35,637 bases of DNA from Armatimonadota bacterium (GTDB lineage: Bacteria > Armatimonadota > Zipacnadia > Zipacnadales > UBA5352): NCBI GenBank assembly GCA_034722055.1, contig JAYENL010000248.1, positions 33,404 through 69,040 of the forward strand, read 5' to 3'. The position numbers and the translations under genes are program-made. Below are positions 8,495 through 18,225 of the stretch, piece after piece. The notes under the pieces are model-generated. The model ran no database searches, was not told the DNA's origin, and saw only the letters and a program-made list of their open reading frames with translations. The stretch's first letter is position 1, and the number at the start of each line of letters is the position of its first letter.

Positions 8495-8979
8495 GTGAGC
8501 GTGAGGAGCTGTCGCGGAGACTGCTGGAGGAGAACGGGCTGCGAGAGGGCGCGGTACGCGAGGCAGACCGCGAGGGATTGCGAGCGGTCGTTGATGCGGA
8601 GCGGCGGCGGAGCGCGCATCTGCGCAATGTGATGCTGCTGTCCTGGGCGGCGTTCGTCGTTCTCTTTGTCGGCATCTTCGGGGCGTACTTCGCGGCGAGC
8701 GCATTGGACCTGCGAAGTATCGAGGTGGGGAGGGGCACGGTGAATGTCGTCGCGGTTCTCATGCTCGCCACCTTGCTGCTGGCCTTCATCGCGTTCATTG
8801 TCGCGATTGTGGCGACCATCTCGTGGGGCCTGCGGCTGGCCTTCGGCCCGCGCGGCGTTGAGGACCGCCTGGAGCACATCGAGGCGCAGCTCGCGCGGCT
8901 GGAGGCCGCGCAGGACGATGAGAGTGAAGGTGGGGCGGCGCAGCAGAGCCGGCGGCGGGCCGATGACGATAACTGCTAA
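8491..8979 (+). CDS. Two-TM membrane protein, putative anti-sigma factor
   Basis: ATGA overlap with the ECF stop codon, short soluble N-terminus, two hydrophobic helices, coiled-coil tail. Confidence 0.7.
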   Translation: MSEREELSRRLLEENGLREGAVREADREGLRAVVDAERRRSAHLRNVMLLSWAAFVVLFVGIFGAYFAASALDLRSIEVGRGTVNVVAVLMLATLLLAFIAFIVAIVATISWGLRLAFGPRGVEDRLEHIEAQLARLEAAQDDESEGGAAQQSRRRADDDNC

Positions 8980-9152
8980 CGCTAACGGCCGCCATCGCTG
9001 TTCGCCGTACGGAGCGCCGGGCAGCCCTGCCTGCCCGGCGGCTGCTGGTCGTCCTCCACCCCGTCGAGCGCCGCTCAGTCGCGGCACCACCCAAATGCGT
9101 GTGGCCAGCTGGGGCGCCGCGGAGCAGACTGTCGGAATGCAGGTGGTGGTGC

Positions 9153-9252
9153 GGAGGGGCCGTCTGAGGCTGCAGCGTTGTTTGATGGAGCCGAAGCCGG
9201 CCCGGCCGTTCGCTTCGTGCGCTCCTGCGGAGCGCCCTCAGGCGGCCCCTCC
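9153..9252. mobile_element. ~100-bp non-autonomous TIR element (REPIN/MITE-like)
   Basis: GGAGGGGCCGTCTGAGG ... CCTCAGGCGGCCCCTCC terminal inverted repeats, with internal similarity to 22402-22513. Confidence 0.7.
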
Positions 9253-9308
9253 ACCGGTACCGCCGGCATCAATAGAGAGGATAGGCGCACGGGTTTGGAT
9301 GCTGCCGC

Positions 9309-9958
9309 TCAGTCGCCCTCCGGCTCCCTGAGAAGCGACAGCAGGCCCATGGCGGCCACGGTCAGCGCCAGCCCCAGCCAGATCGGCGCGGTGGCGCTCA
9401 CGCGGTCCCACAGCACTCCCGCCACCAGCGACGCCGGCAGGGCGCACAGCCCCACCACCATGTTGAAGCCGCCGAGGATGCTCCCGCGCAGGCCCTCCGG
9501 CGCGAACTCCGCCACGATGGCCTTCTGCGTGGGCTCCAGCGCGGCCTTGTGCGAGCCGAACAGCAGGAAGACCAGCGGCAGCAGCGCCTCGCTGCGCAGA
9601 TAGATGCAGCTCAGGCAGACCAGCGCCCACAGCCCGTACGCGATCGCCAGCACCGGCCTGCGGCCCCAGCGGTCGGCCAGCAGGCCGAAGTGGTAGGACA
9701 GCGCCGACGCCGCCACCGTGAAGAGCAGATACAGCGCCGGGATGAACTCCCGCTGGTAGCCGAGCGCCTCCGCGTGCACGATCAGGAAGGAGTAGCTGAA
9801 GGCGCCCAGAGCGAAGATGGCGCTGAGCACCACCAGCAGCTTCAGATCGCGGCCCAGTCCCACCAGCGACAGGCCTTCGAAGGCCTCCTCGCCGCGCGCG
9901 GGGCGCTCGCGGATGATCGCCAGCACCACCCCGGCGCCGACCAGCGTGGGCAGCACCG
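9309..9958 (-). pseudogene. MFS transporter, C-terminal half only (5'-truncated)
   Basis: About six TM helices with MFS motif GLLADRWGRRPVL and PEGLRGSILGGFN. Upstream in-frame sequence belongs to a different gene, and there is no N-terminal MFS domain. Confidence 0.75.
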
Positions 9959-10363
9959 GTGCCACCACTTCCCCCGTCCCTCCTCCATCTTCGCAATGTG
10001 TTGATGCCACGAGAATGGCTCGTTGCGCCGACGCGCCTGGATGACGTATAGCGCGACTCCAGCGCCGATCCCGGGCCAGAATGCAATGCTCTCCGCAAGG
10101 AGCACCGTCCAGAACAGGACCGTCCCTACGCCGCCGGCTGTCATGCTCCACGGGAGCTGGTGGCTCACCATCACGAGGCCCGAGATCAGCGGAAGAACAC
10201 CAACGAGGGCGAAGATCACCCCGCCCCACTTGGCGCCCCAGACCATCTCCTGCTTATGCGGGAAGTCGGGCGCGGCCCGCAGGTAGCGCAGTGAGATCCA
10301 CCCCAGCACCGGGAACAGCGCGAGAACGACCAGCGCGAGCGCAACTTCGACACCTGTATGCAT
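9842..10363 (-). CDS. Membrane protein paralog 1 (PDFPHKQEMVWGAKW family), C-terminus probably lost at a fusion junction near 9955
   Basis: Collinear with paralog 2 up to EEGRGKWWH, then reads out of frame through MFS sequence. Confidence 0.7.
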   Translation of the reverse strand: MHTGVEVALALVVLALFPVLGWISLRYLRAAPDFPHKQEMVWGAKWGGVIFALVGVLPLISGLVMVSHQLPWSMTAGGVGTVLFWTVLLAESIAFWPGIGAGVALYVIQARRRNEPFSWHQHIAKMEEGRGKWWHRCCPRWSAPGWCWRSSASAPRAARRPSKACRWWDWAAI

Positions 10364-10452
10364 CACAGGTCCCCCTTCAGTGACGTTGAACCTTTGTTCA
10401 TGTCCGCCCCCATCGACTGACGCACCAGAATGCTGCCCTCGCTGGCATTCCC

Positions 10453-10950
10453 TCAGCGGGCCGCACTGAACAGCATGTCCAACTGGACCAAGCCGAAGGT
10501 GAGGTATCCCCAGAAGAGGACGACACCAACCGCGCCGGCGAGGAGCAGCTTGTGCAGCCAGTTCCCGCGTCCCTCCTCCAGCCGCTCAACATGCTGTCGC
10601 CAGCACATATTCTCTGCGGCCGGCCGCCTGGCTACGACGGAGAACACGGACCCCATGCCTGCGACCGGCCAGAAGGAGAGGATGCCGGCTGCCAACAGCA
10701 ACCCGGTGAGCACGCCTCCAGCACACTGGACGGTCAGATGCCACGGCACCTCATGTCGCCACATGAGCAGGCTCGCCGTGGCAGGCAGGACAGCCAGCAG
10801 CCCATAGATCACCCCACCCCACTTGGCGCCCCAGACCATCTCCTGCTTATGCGGGAAGTCGGGCGCGGCCCGCAGGTAGCGCAGTGAGATCCAGCCGATC
10901 GCCGGGAAGAGCGCCACGGCAAGTGTCGCCAGAGCGACCTCAACTGCCAC
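10453..10950 (-). CDS. Membrane protein paralog 2, about 4 TM helices, uncharacterised
   Basis: Hydrophobic segments and the shared motif WISLRYLRAAPDFPHKQEMVWGAKWGGV. Upstream TATACT box at 10992-10997 (minus strand). Confidence 0.75.
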   Translation of the reverse strand: MAVEVALATLAVALFPAIGWISLRYLRAAPDFPHKQEMVWGAKWGGVIYGLLAVLPATASLLMWRHEVPWHLTVQCAGGVLTGLLLAAGILSFWPVAGMGSVFSVVARRPAAENMCWRQHVERLEEGRGNWLHKLLLAGAVGVVLFWGYLTFGLVQLDMLFSAAR

Positions 10951-11020
10951 GTCTGCACGTGCCCCTCTCTCGCCTCGGGAGTTCCTCTTCTAGTATACCC
11001 CAACCGCCGGCACTCGGCCA

Positions 11021-11875
11021 TCAGCACATCTCGCCTGCCGGCGCGTGCTCGATCCACACCACGTCCGTGAGCCTCAGCTCCCCATCCACAGATGCCTCGA
11101 CATACCACGCTCCCTCCGGCAGCACCTCGGCCATGAGCCGCTCCACTCGCGCCACTACCGCCGCCAGCTCCCCGTCAGACGCCGGCTCCCTGATCCAGAT
11201 GGTCACCTCGTTGCGCTCCGCGTCCACCCACGAGCCCTGAAGCTCCACGTGCACATGCTGGCCCTCGGCGAGGGCCGCCACCTGCCGCAGCTCCTGGCTG
11301 AGCGCTACCGAACGGTCCACGCGGTAGGCGCGTCGATCAATCACTGCAAGATGAGAGCCGATGAGGACTGTGACCCCGCTGAGCACGGCGACCCCAACCA
11401 GGTTCGACCACCGGGCTCGGCTGGACTTGAGCTTGCTCTCGTACCTCTCGACGAAGTCCGGCAAGTCTTGCCATCTTGGGGTCGCGGAGATGGAGACGAA
11501 CTGCCAGGAGAGATCGACTCTCGGGATCGCCGAGATGGCGACGAAGTGCCAGGGGAAATCGACCCCGAGGACAACGTAGCGGTAGAGGTAAAGCACGTAG
11601 CCAAGCAGGGTGGCAGTCAAGGGATACGGCGTCCAGGCCACGGCGGCCGCTGTCAGTGCCATAATCAGCAGACCCGCACCACCCATCACCGCCCACACCC
11701 ACCGCGCACCCCACTCGATCTCCTGGCGGTGAGGGAGCTTGCGGGGGCCGCAGTACACAGCGCGCCGCCACAGCCGCCCTAAGAGCAGGTGAGCGCCCGC
11801 CTCGAGGGCACACATCGACAGCATCCCGCGGAGCAGGAAGTACGAGAGCAGGCCAGTCCTCAGGTAATCCTGCAT
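11021..11875 (-). CDS. Membrane protein paralog 3 (divergent) with an extra soluble C-terminal domain
   Basis: Motif PRKLPHRQEIEWGARW, about 4 TM segments, internal 15-aa duplication. Start is 11875 or 11908. Confidence 0.7.
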   Translation of the reverse strand: MQDYLRTGLLSYFLLRGMLSMCALEAGAHLLLGRLWRRAVYCGPRKLPHRQEIEWGARWVWAVMGGAGLLIMALTAAAVAWTPYPLTATLLGYVLYLYRYVVLGVDFPWHFVAISAIPRVDLSWQFVSISATPRWQDLPDFVERYESKLKSSRARWSNLVGVAVLSGVTVLIGSHLAVIDRRAYRVDRSVALSQELRQVAALAEGQHVHVELQGSWVDAERNEVTIWIREPASDGELAAVVARVERLMAEVLPEGAWYVEASVDGELRLTDVVWIEHAPAGEMC

Positions 11876-12035
11876 GGGTGCATCCCCCACGGCTTCGTCG
11901 CCCCTCACATGAGATGTGTGCTTCAGCGGCCGTTTTCGTCTATCTCGCGATGGAGTGCACCCGCGGAGGTTCGCTGCGCCGGCGCCGCGAAGGGTTTTCC
12001 GGTGCGCGATCCCAACGATACTGGAGCGTCGGACG

Positions 12036-14276
12036 ATGCCTGAGCTGCGACCGACCCCGCAGGGGCCGATGACCGACGAGGAGATGAGGCGCGCCTTCGG
12101 ATGGGCGGAGCTGGAGCCGATGGAGCCGGTGGTGGCGGGAAGCTGGGGGACGTGGCGGCTGGTCTACCACGTCGGCGAGTACGGCATGGACGACGGCGGC
12201 ACGCTGATGATCTCCTGGCGCTTCGCCACCGACTGGGGAAAGCCGCAGTTCGACCACCCGCGTGCGCCGAACTTCTGCAGCCTTGAGACCGACGGTCGCG
12301 CCAGTCTGCGCGGGCGCTTCGACATCAAGGGTGGCGTCCGGCCGTGGCGCAAGTCCACGATCATCGATGTCTACGACGACGGCCTGCACGAGGGGGAGGT
12401 CATCGCGGTGACCTTCGGCGACACCTCCGGCGGCTCCCCCGGCTCTCGCGCGCAGACCTTCTGCGAGTACACCTTCGAGTGGCGGGTGCTGGCCAACCCC
12501 TTCGCCACCGGGGAGTTCATCCTGCTGCCGGACCCGCCGGAGATCGAGATCGGCCCCGGCCCCGCCGAGCGCCTGGTGTGCATCGTGCCCTCTCGCGCCG
12601 ACGCCCATGAGGAGATCGAGGTCATCGTCAAGGCCGAGGACCAGTGGGGCAATCCCGCCCGCGGATACCAGGGTACCGTGCGCTTCGAGGGCCAGGGCTT
12701 CGCCGGGCTCCCGGAGCAGTACGCGTTCGTTGAGGGCGATGCCGGCGTGCGCCGCTTCCCGGCCACGGTGGCTGACGAGGGCGAGCACCGCCTGGTGGTG
12801 CGCGATGAGAGGCTCGGCGCGGAGGCGACGAGCAACCCGCTGATGGCGCCGGAGGAGATGCTGTGCACGCGCGTGTGGTGGGCGGACCTGCATGGGCAGT
12901 CAGAGGAGACGGTGGGTACCAACACCGCCGAGGACTACCACCGCTTCGCGCGGGATGACGCGGCGCTGGACGTGGTCGGCCACCAGGGCAACGACTTCCA
13001 GGTCACTCCCGAGGACTGGGCGGAGCTGCAGCGGCTGGCGGAGGAGTACACCCAGCCGGGGCGCTTCGTGGCGCTGCTAGGCTACGAGTGGTCGGGCAAC
13101 ACCGCCGGCGGCGGCGACCACAACGTCTACTACCTGCGCGCCGACCAGCCGATCTTTCGCTCCTGCCACGCCCTGATCCCGGACAAGGCCACCGTGGACA
13201 CAGATCGCTATCCCATCGAGTGGCTCCATGAGGAGCTGCGCGGGCGCGATGCCATCGCCATCCCGCACGTGGGCGGCCGGCGCGCGGACCTGTCCCGGCA
13301 CGATGAGCAGGTGGTCCCGCTGGTCGAGATCTACTCGGCGTGGGGGCAGTTCGAGTGGATGCTGACCCAGAGCCTGGGGATGGGCCACCACGTGGGCGTG
13401 GTCGCGGGCAGCGATGGCCACAAGGGCCGACCGGGCGCCAGCTATCCGGGCGCCTCGCAGTTCGGGGCCTACGGTGGCCTGACCGGTATCATCGCCGAGG
13501 AGCTGTCGCCCGACGCCATCTTTGATGCTCTGCGAAGCCGCCGCTGCTACGCCACCACCGGCCAGCGCATCGTCATGCGCGTGCAGCTCGACGGACATCC
13601 CATGGGCAGCGAGGTGACCGCCGACGGGCCGGTGACGCTCACGGCCGCTATCGTCGGGACCGACGGGATCCGCGCGGTCGAGGTCCTCCGCGCGCCCCTG
13701 CCTTCCGCGCTCTGGGCCTCCAGCCTGCCAGGCGCTCAGGTCGTGCACGTCCACGACCCGCTCGCCGACGCCCCGCTGTCGGAGGACCGCCTGCGCGTGA
13801 TCTGGAGCGGTGCGCGCATCCTCGGCCGCGACCGCGCCACGCACTGGGACGGGCGGCTGGAGGTGGAAGGCGCGGCCATCGAGCAGGCCCACGCCTGGGC
13901 CTTCGACGGCCCGCAGGAGGGCCTGACCGAGGTGACGGACTCGCACGTGGCGTGGGAGTCGATCACCACCGGCGACGAGGACGGGCTGACGCTGAGGCTC
14001 AGCGAGCTTGAGGGCGCGCGCCTGCGCTTCACGTCGGGGCCCGCGAGCTTCGAGTGCGACCCTGCTGCGCTGGGCCGCGAGCCGATGGTGGTGGAGGCGG
14101 GGGGCATCGAGCAGCGCGTCTGTGTCCAGCGCCTCCCCGAGGGCGAGCCGCCCCTGTCAGTAACCTTCACATGCTCCGACCAGCCCCCGGCGGGCAGCAG
14201 CGCCTACTGGGTGCGTGTCACGCAGGACGACGGCGCGCACGCGTGGTCCAGCCCGGTGTTCGTGGAGAGACGCTGA
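12036..14276 (+). CDS. DUF3604-like / PHP-type metal-dependent hydrolase with flanking beta-sandwich domains
   Basis: WWADLHGQSEET, GYEWSG...GGDHNV, IPHVGG, VEIYSAWG, AGSDGHKGRPG, RRCYATTG, C-terminal YWVRVTQDDG.AWSSPVF. Confidence 0.8.
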   Translation: MPELRPTPQGPMTDEEMRRAFGWAELEPMEPVVAGSWGTWRLVYHVGEYGMDDGGTLMISWRFATDWGKPQFDHPRAPNFCSLETDGRASLRGRFDIKGGVRPWRKSTIIDVYDDGLHEGEVIAVTFGDTSGGSPGSRAQTFCEYTFEWRVLANPFATGEFILLPDPPEIEIGPGPAERLVCIVPSRADAHEEIEVIVKAEDQWGNPARGYQGTVRFEGQGFAGLPEQYAFVEGDAGVRRFPATVADEGEHRLVVRDERLGAEATSNPLMAPEEMLCTRVWWADLHGQSEETVGTNTAEDYHRFARDDAALDVVGHQGNDFQVTPEDWAELQRLAEEYTQPGRFVALLGYEWSGNTAGGGDHNVYYLRADQPIFRSCHALIPDKATVDTDRYPIEWLHEELRGRDAIAIPHVGGRRADLSRHDEQVVPLVEIYSAWGQFEWMLTQSLGMGHHVGVVAGSDGHKGRPGASYPGASQFGAYGGLTGIIAEELSPDAIFDALRSRRCYATTGQRIVMRVQLDGHPMGSEVTADGPVTLTAAIVGTDGIRAVEVLRAPLPSALWASSLPGAQVVHVHDPLADAPLSEDRLRVIWSGARILGRDRATHWDGRLEVEGAAIEQAHAWAFDGPQEGLTEVTDSHVAWESITTGDEDGLTLRLSELEGARLRFTSGPASFECDPAALGREPMVVEAGGIEQRVCVQRLPEGEPPLSVTFTCSDQPPAGSSAYWVRVTQDDGAHAWSSPVFVERR

Positions 14277-14280
14277 CGGC

Positions 14281-14388
14281 GTCCAGGCGAGGGCGCCTGG
14301 ACTCCAGGTTCGAGGGCCGGGGTGGAACCTGACGCCCGCGCAAACGACAGCGCAGGCGTCACCCTCGCTGCGCTCGGGCGGCCCCTCC
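14281..14388. repeat. REP-like hairpin (14281-14302) plus the right arm of the nested inverted element (14314-14388)
   Basis: GTCCAGGCG-AGGG-CGCCTGGAC. GGGCCGGGGTGGAACCT, CTCGCTGCGCTC and GGCGGCCCCTCC match 20404-20479 in order. Confidence 0.8.
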
Positions 14389-14531
14389 GTACGACTCACG
14401 GCACCGGCAACGGCCGCGGAGGCCGTTGCCGTGCCACGTGCCTTTGTCGTCCGGAGATCGGGTAGCCCTGCCCGACACCGTTGACGTTTGTCGTAGTTGG
14501 TAGCTGGCTGCTGATAGCTGGCGACTGGCAG

Positions 14532-15509
14532 CTATTCGCCATGCGCACGCTCGATCGCGGAGACAGCGCCCATGTCGTCGTGCACGACGTGGCAGACCGC
14601 GCGGGCCATCACGGCCGGGTCCGTCTCGCGCGGGAAGAGCACGTTGCGGCCGACCAGGCAGCCGCGGACGTTCGGCCCCGCCTGCATGCCGGTGGTGACC
14701 TCCGCCAGCACCGCCTCCTGATCATCCCGCGCCGCCCCGCCCAGCATGAGAATCGGCAGGCTTGTCGCGCCGGCGACCTGCTCGTAACCCTCGCAGTAGG
14801 GCAGCTTCAGCCAGGTGTGCAGGGAGCTGTCGCCGAGCGCTGATGCCACGCACACCGCCTGCATGAGCGCCCGCGGCGTGCGCAGGGTCCGATAGCCCTC
14901 CTCGGTGCGCTCGACCATGAACGCCTCCACGAAGGCCGCCAGGTCGTTCTCGACGCAGCCGTCAACCGCCCGCGAGCAGGCGTGCAGCGTATCCAGCGAC
15001 CGCGGGTCTGACAGGTCCAGGCGCACCATCATCTTGCCACCGTCGAGGTTCATTGCGACCAGCCTCGCGGCGTCGTAGGCCGTGAAGCGGTCATCCATCT
15101 CGAACTGTGCGCCGCTGAGCCCCCCGCGGTTCATGCAGCCCACCAGGACGCGATGGTCGAGGACGCTCTGCGCGCCGTCGCGGGTCATCAACAGGTCGAG
15201 GCCCGTCAACTCCTCGATGATGTCGGCGGGACCCATCACCCCGTCCACAGTACTGCCCTGCAGCACCCGTAAGATGCGCGCGAGGTACTCCCGCCGGTCG
15301 CCGATGCGGCCGTCCTCATCCTGCGCGTCCACGATCATGCGGGCGGCGTGGTCGGCGGCGAGGATCACGAGCCTCCCGTCCGTCGTCAGCTCCCTGCGCC
15401 GCCGCCCCTGTGCGTGGCGGAGGATCGCCTCCGGCTCGCCGACCCGCAGCTCGCACAGCGCGCTCCAGGTCTCATCGTCGATGGTCTGTGTGGCGCTGAA
15501 CTCGGCCAT
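14532..15509 (-). CDS. Class I aldolase-like TIM-barrel protein (Cgl0159-like, inositol/sugar catabolism associated)
   Basis: LVILAADHAAR, GCMNRGGLSGAQFEMDDRFT, GGKMMVR, WLKLP (candidate Schiff-base Lys), LPILMLGG, GCLVGRNVLFP. Confidence 0.8.
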   Translation of the reverse strand: MAEFSATQTIDDETWSALCELRVGEPEAILRHAQGRRRRELTTDGRLVILAADHAARMIVDAQDEDGRIGDRREYLARILRVLQGSTVDGVMGPADIIEELTGLDLLMTRDGAQSVLDHRVLVGCMNRGGLSGAQFEMDDRFTAYDAARLVAMNLDGGKMMVRLDLSDPRSLDTLHACSRAVDGCVENDLAAFVEAFMVERTEEGYRTLRTPRALMQAVCVASALGDSSLHTWLKLPYCEGYEQVAGATSLPILMLGGAARDDQEAVLAEVTTGMQAGPNVRGCLVGRNVLFPRETDPAVMARAVCHVVHDDMGAVSAIERAHGE

Positions 15510-15661
15510 GGTCCTCATTCCCTGAGGGGGTCTCGTGCAGTGTAGGGACGGCCGGCACCGAGGCACCAGTCTGGCGGGAGCTCACGCAGCAGCTTCCCGT
15601 CCAGCCCGGGCGATCATCGGGTCGTACGGAGCGGCGGTGTGCCCACGCCGCCGGCCGTTGC

Positions 15662-16729
15662 TTAGTCGTACGAGCCGTACTCCCGCACCAGCTCCATCAG
15701 CCGGCAGTAGCTGTCGAATGACACGTTGTCGGGCACCGAGTGGTCGGAGTGGTAGACGTATCCGCCGCCCTCCTTGAGCACCGGTATCTTGCCGGCCACC
15801 TCGCGCTCCATGTCGTCGGGGTCCAGCATCATGCGCACGTCGATGCCCCCGTCCAGCGCCAGGCGCCCCCCGTACTGCTCCTTGAGGGCGATGGGGTCCA
15901 TGCCGGCCTTGATCTCCAGGGGGTTGAGGACGTTCCAGCCGATCTCGTCCACGAACCGGGGCACCAGCGCCATGACGTTCCCGCACGAGTGCAGCCAGCG
16001 GACCTTGTTGTGCTGCTTCGCCCAGTCGCAGAGGATCTCGTGGGCCGGCCGGATGGTGGCGTCGAAGGTCTCCGGCGACATCAGCAGCCCGTTGCGGTAG
16101 CCCAGATCATCGGGGATGCGGATGCCGTCGAAGTCGTAGCCGCGCTCCAGGATCATCTCGCCGAAGTACACGCCCCGCTCGGCCGCGAACACCTGCATCT
16201 CCCGGCACCACTGGGGGTCCTCCACCAGCGCCATCAGGAAGCGCTCGGTGCCCACCACCCGGTTGCCCCACACGTCGTAGCCGGGCCCCCAGATGCTGTA
16301 CTCGATGAACGCCCCCTCCTCCCGCCACTTCGGCCAATTCTCCTCCAGCATCTGCCAGTCCACGCGGTCCTCGGAGGTGTCCATCCGCTCCCTGGCCTCC
16401 TCCCAGGACGCGCGGTCCTTGATCCTGAAGTCCAGGAACTCGGGAACCGAGGCCCGGTGCTTCCAGCGCCGGCTGGTCTCCCCCCACACGGTGGTGGAGA
16501 TGATGTACTCGTCGGTCTCCTCGAGGACCTCCGCGGGATAGCGAGGGGAGAGGTCGGCGGTCACCCGCCGCCAGGCATCGAAGCCGAAGTACTCCGCCAC
16601 GGAGACGTCCTCCGGCAGCCCCTCACGCCGCCAGCGCTCGATGGTGCTGGCCCACGGGCTGTCGTGCATGGGGATCCGGTCGGCCTCCTGGTGGGTGATG
16701 GCAGCGGTGATTCGCTCGCGGGACGTCAC
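15662..16729 (-). CDS. Uroporphyrinogen decarboxylase / MtaA-CmuA superfamily protein
   Basis: [59 protein letters not shown] start after SD AGGAGAGG. Confidence 0.85.
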   Translation of the reverse strand: MTSRERITAAITHQEADRIPMHDSPWASTIERWRREGLPEDVSVAEYFGFDAWRRVTADLSPRYPAEVLEETDEYIISTTVWGETSRRWKHRASVPEFLDFRIKDRASWEEARERMDTSEDRVDWQMLEENWPKWREEGAFIEYSIWGPGYDVWGNRVVGTERFLMALVEDPQWCREMQVFAAERGVYFGEMILERGYDFDGIRIPDDLGYRNGLLMSPETFDATIRPAHEILCDWAKQHNKVRWLHSCGNVMALVPRFVDEIGWNVLNPLEIKAGMDPIALKEQYGGRLALDGGIDVRMMLDPDDMEREVAGKIPVLKEGGGYVYHSDHSVPDNVSFDSYCRLMELVREYGSYD

Positions 16730-16800
16730 ATCTCTCAACCTCTCCTGCCGTGGCGCCGGCTTCTTTCTTGGCGTGCTGCGTGAGGCATCGTCGCCGGCCC

Positions 16801-18000
16801 TCAGGCCTCCTCGCGGATCAGGCGCTCCAGCACGTCGATGCACATCATCATCGCCCGCGGGGTGTGGAAGGGGTCCTTGATGGGCATGGGCAGCAGGCTC
16901 AGCAGGTCCGGGGGCCGCTCCCCGCGCTCGGTGAGCCGCATCGACCACTCCCCGTGCTCGGGGAGCGGGAAGTGATCGAAGGTCCACTGGTGCACCCGGT
17001 CGTACCAGTCCAGCGCCCACTGCTCGCGGCAGTGGTAGTAGCTCAGCAGCAGCGAGTAGAGGGTCTCGGTGTGCACCCACCAGAACTTCTTGTCGTAATG
17101 CTCCCAGGCCGGGGCGCCGTCCCAGTCGGCGTGCAGGCCCAGCACCAGCCCGCCCCACATCGGGTCCCAGGCGGCGCCCACGTGCCACAGCACGCAGTCA
17201 ATGGCCTGCCGGATGCGCTCGGGCTCCCCGCGGTGGTCGAAGATGTGCATCTGGAACCACATGGACTCGATGGCGTGGCCGGGAACCACCACCCGGCCCT
17301 CGGGGCCGTCCAGCTCCTCGCCATCCAGGGAGACGTACTCCAGCAGCAGCATCCTGTCCGGGCGCCGGAAGTGGTCCATCACCTGCACCGCGTGGTCGTA
17401 GCCGGCGTCCATGATCCCCTCATCGTCGAGGAACCGGCCCAGCTCGTAGAACACGTTGGAGAAGATCATCGACACCCCGTGGGCCTTGGCGCCAGCGGGC
17501 ACCTCGTAGGGCGCGGTGAGGTAGGAGCCGGGGTCGGCGAGCCGCTCGCGGGCGATCTCGTAGGTCTGGAGGGCCACGTCGATGGGCTCCTGCTCGCCGG
17601 TGGCCCTCGCGAACTCCGTCATCCCCATGATGGCGAAGCCGTCGGAGTAGATGCTGGTGGCGCCCTCGACCACCTCGCCCTCGGCGGTCACCCAGTAGTT
17701 CCAGCGGCCCTGCTCATCGCGCCCATGCTCCAGCACGAAGTGATATATGTTGCGGGCCACGTCCAGCCACTCGGGGCGCTCATCAATGCGGGTATACAGC
17801 GCGGACCACACGTGCAGGGCCCTCAGTTGCGACCACATGTACTTGTCGGTGTTCACCACCGTCCCGTCATCCTCAATGAAGGTGCAGATTCCGCCGTTGT
17901 CCCAGTCGATGGCGTGCTCCATCCACCAGGGAACGATGTCGTCCAGGAGCTGATCGCGGTAGAACTCGTGCAGCCTGTGCAGGTCGCTCGACGGTCGCAT
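16801..18000 (-). CDS. AGE-family (N-acylglucosamine 2-epimerase/cellobiose epimerase) sugar epimerase
   Basis: [45 protein letters not shown]. Confidence 0.9.
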   Translation of the reverse strand: MRPSSDLHRLHEFYRDQLLDDIVPWWMEHAIDWDNGGICTFIEDDGTVVNTDKYMWSQLRALHVWSALYTRIDERPEWLDVARNIYHFVLEHGRDEQGRWNYWVTAEGEVVEGATSIYSDGFAIMGMTEFARATGEQEPIDVALQTYEIARERLADPGSYLTAPYEVPAGAKAHGVSMIFSNVFYELGRFLDDEGIMDAGYDHAVQVMDHFRRPDRMLLLEYVSLDGEELDGPEGRVVVPGHAIESMWFQMHIFDHRGEPERIRQAIDCVLWHVGAAWDPMWGGLVLGLHADWDGAPAWEHYDKKFWWVHTETLYSLLLSYYHCREQWALDWYDRVHQWTFDHFPLPEHGEWSMRLTERGERPPDLLSLLPMPIKDPFHTPRAMMMCIDVLERLIREEA

Positions 18001-18107
18001 CAGGATCCCTCCGACCCGATCGCTGTACTCCTGTGCGCTACCGGTCACTTCCTCGCCCACCCCCTCATGTCCTGTCTGGCGAGCCGCCGCGATCCGGAAC
18101 GGCGCAA

Positions 18108-18116
18108 TGGTATAGT
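18108..18116 (+). promoter_or_regulatory. Extended -10 promoter element for the DUF1559 gene
   Basis: TGG-TATAGT matches TGn-TATAAT at 5/6. Confidence 0.5.
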
Positions 18117-18191
18117 TTGTGCGGGTCGGGTCTCAGTGCGCAATAATTCGAAGGCGGAGGAGGAAATCTGTGAGAGACGGAGAAGTACACC

Positions 18192-18208
18192 ATGTGAGTG
18201 CATCACAT
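18192..18208. promoter_or_regulatory. Palindromic operator-like site ATGTGA-N5-TCACAT
   Basis: Perfect 6-bp inverted repeat just upstream of SD GGAGGT (18212-18217), with lacO-like geometry. Confidence 0.5.
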
Positions 18209-18225
18209 ATCGGAGGTGTCATGTC

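Noticed and set aside
10224..10893. DGR template/variable repeat pair
   Set aside because: The copies are identical rather than differing at adenines, both are coding, and no reverse transcriptase is adjacent.
16750..18225. Long N-terminal extension of the DUF1559 ORF (713 aa)
   Set aside because: It is antisense to the AGE epimerase. The prepilin motif and SD define the start at 18226.
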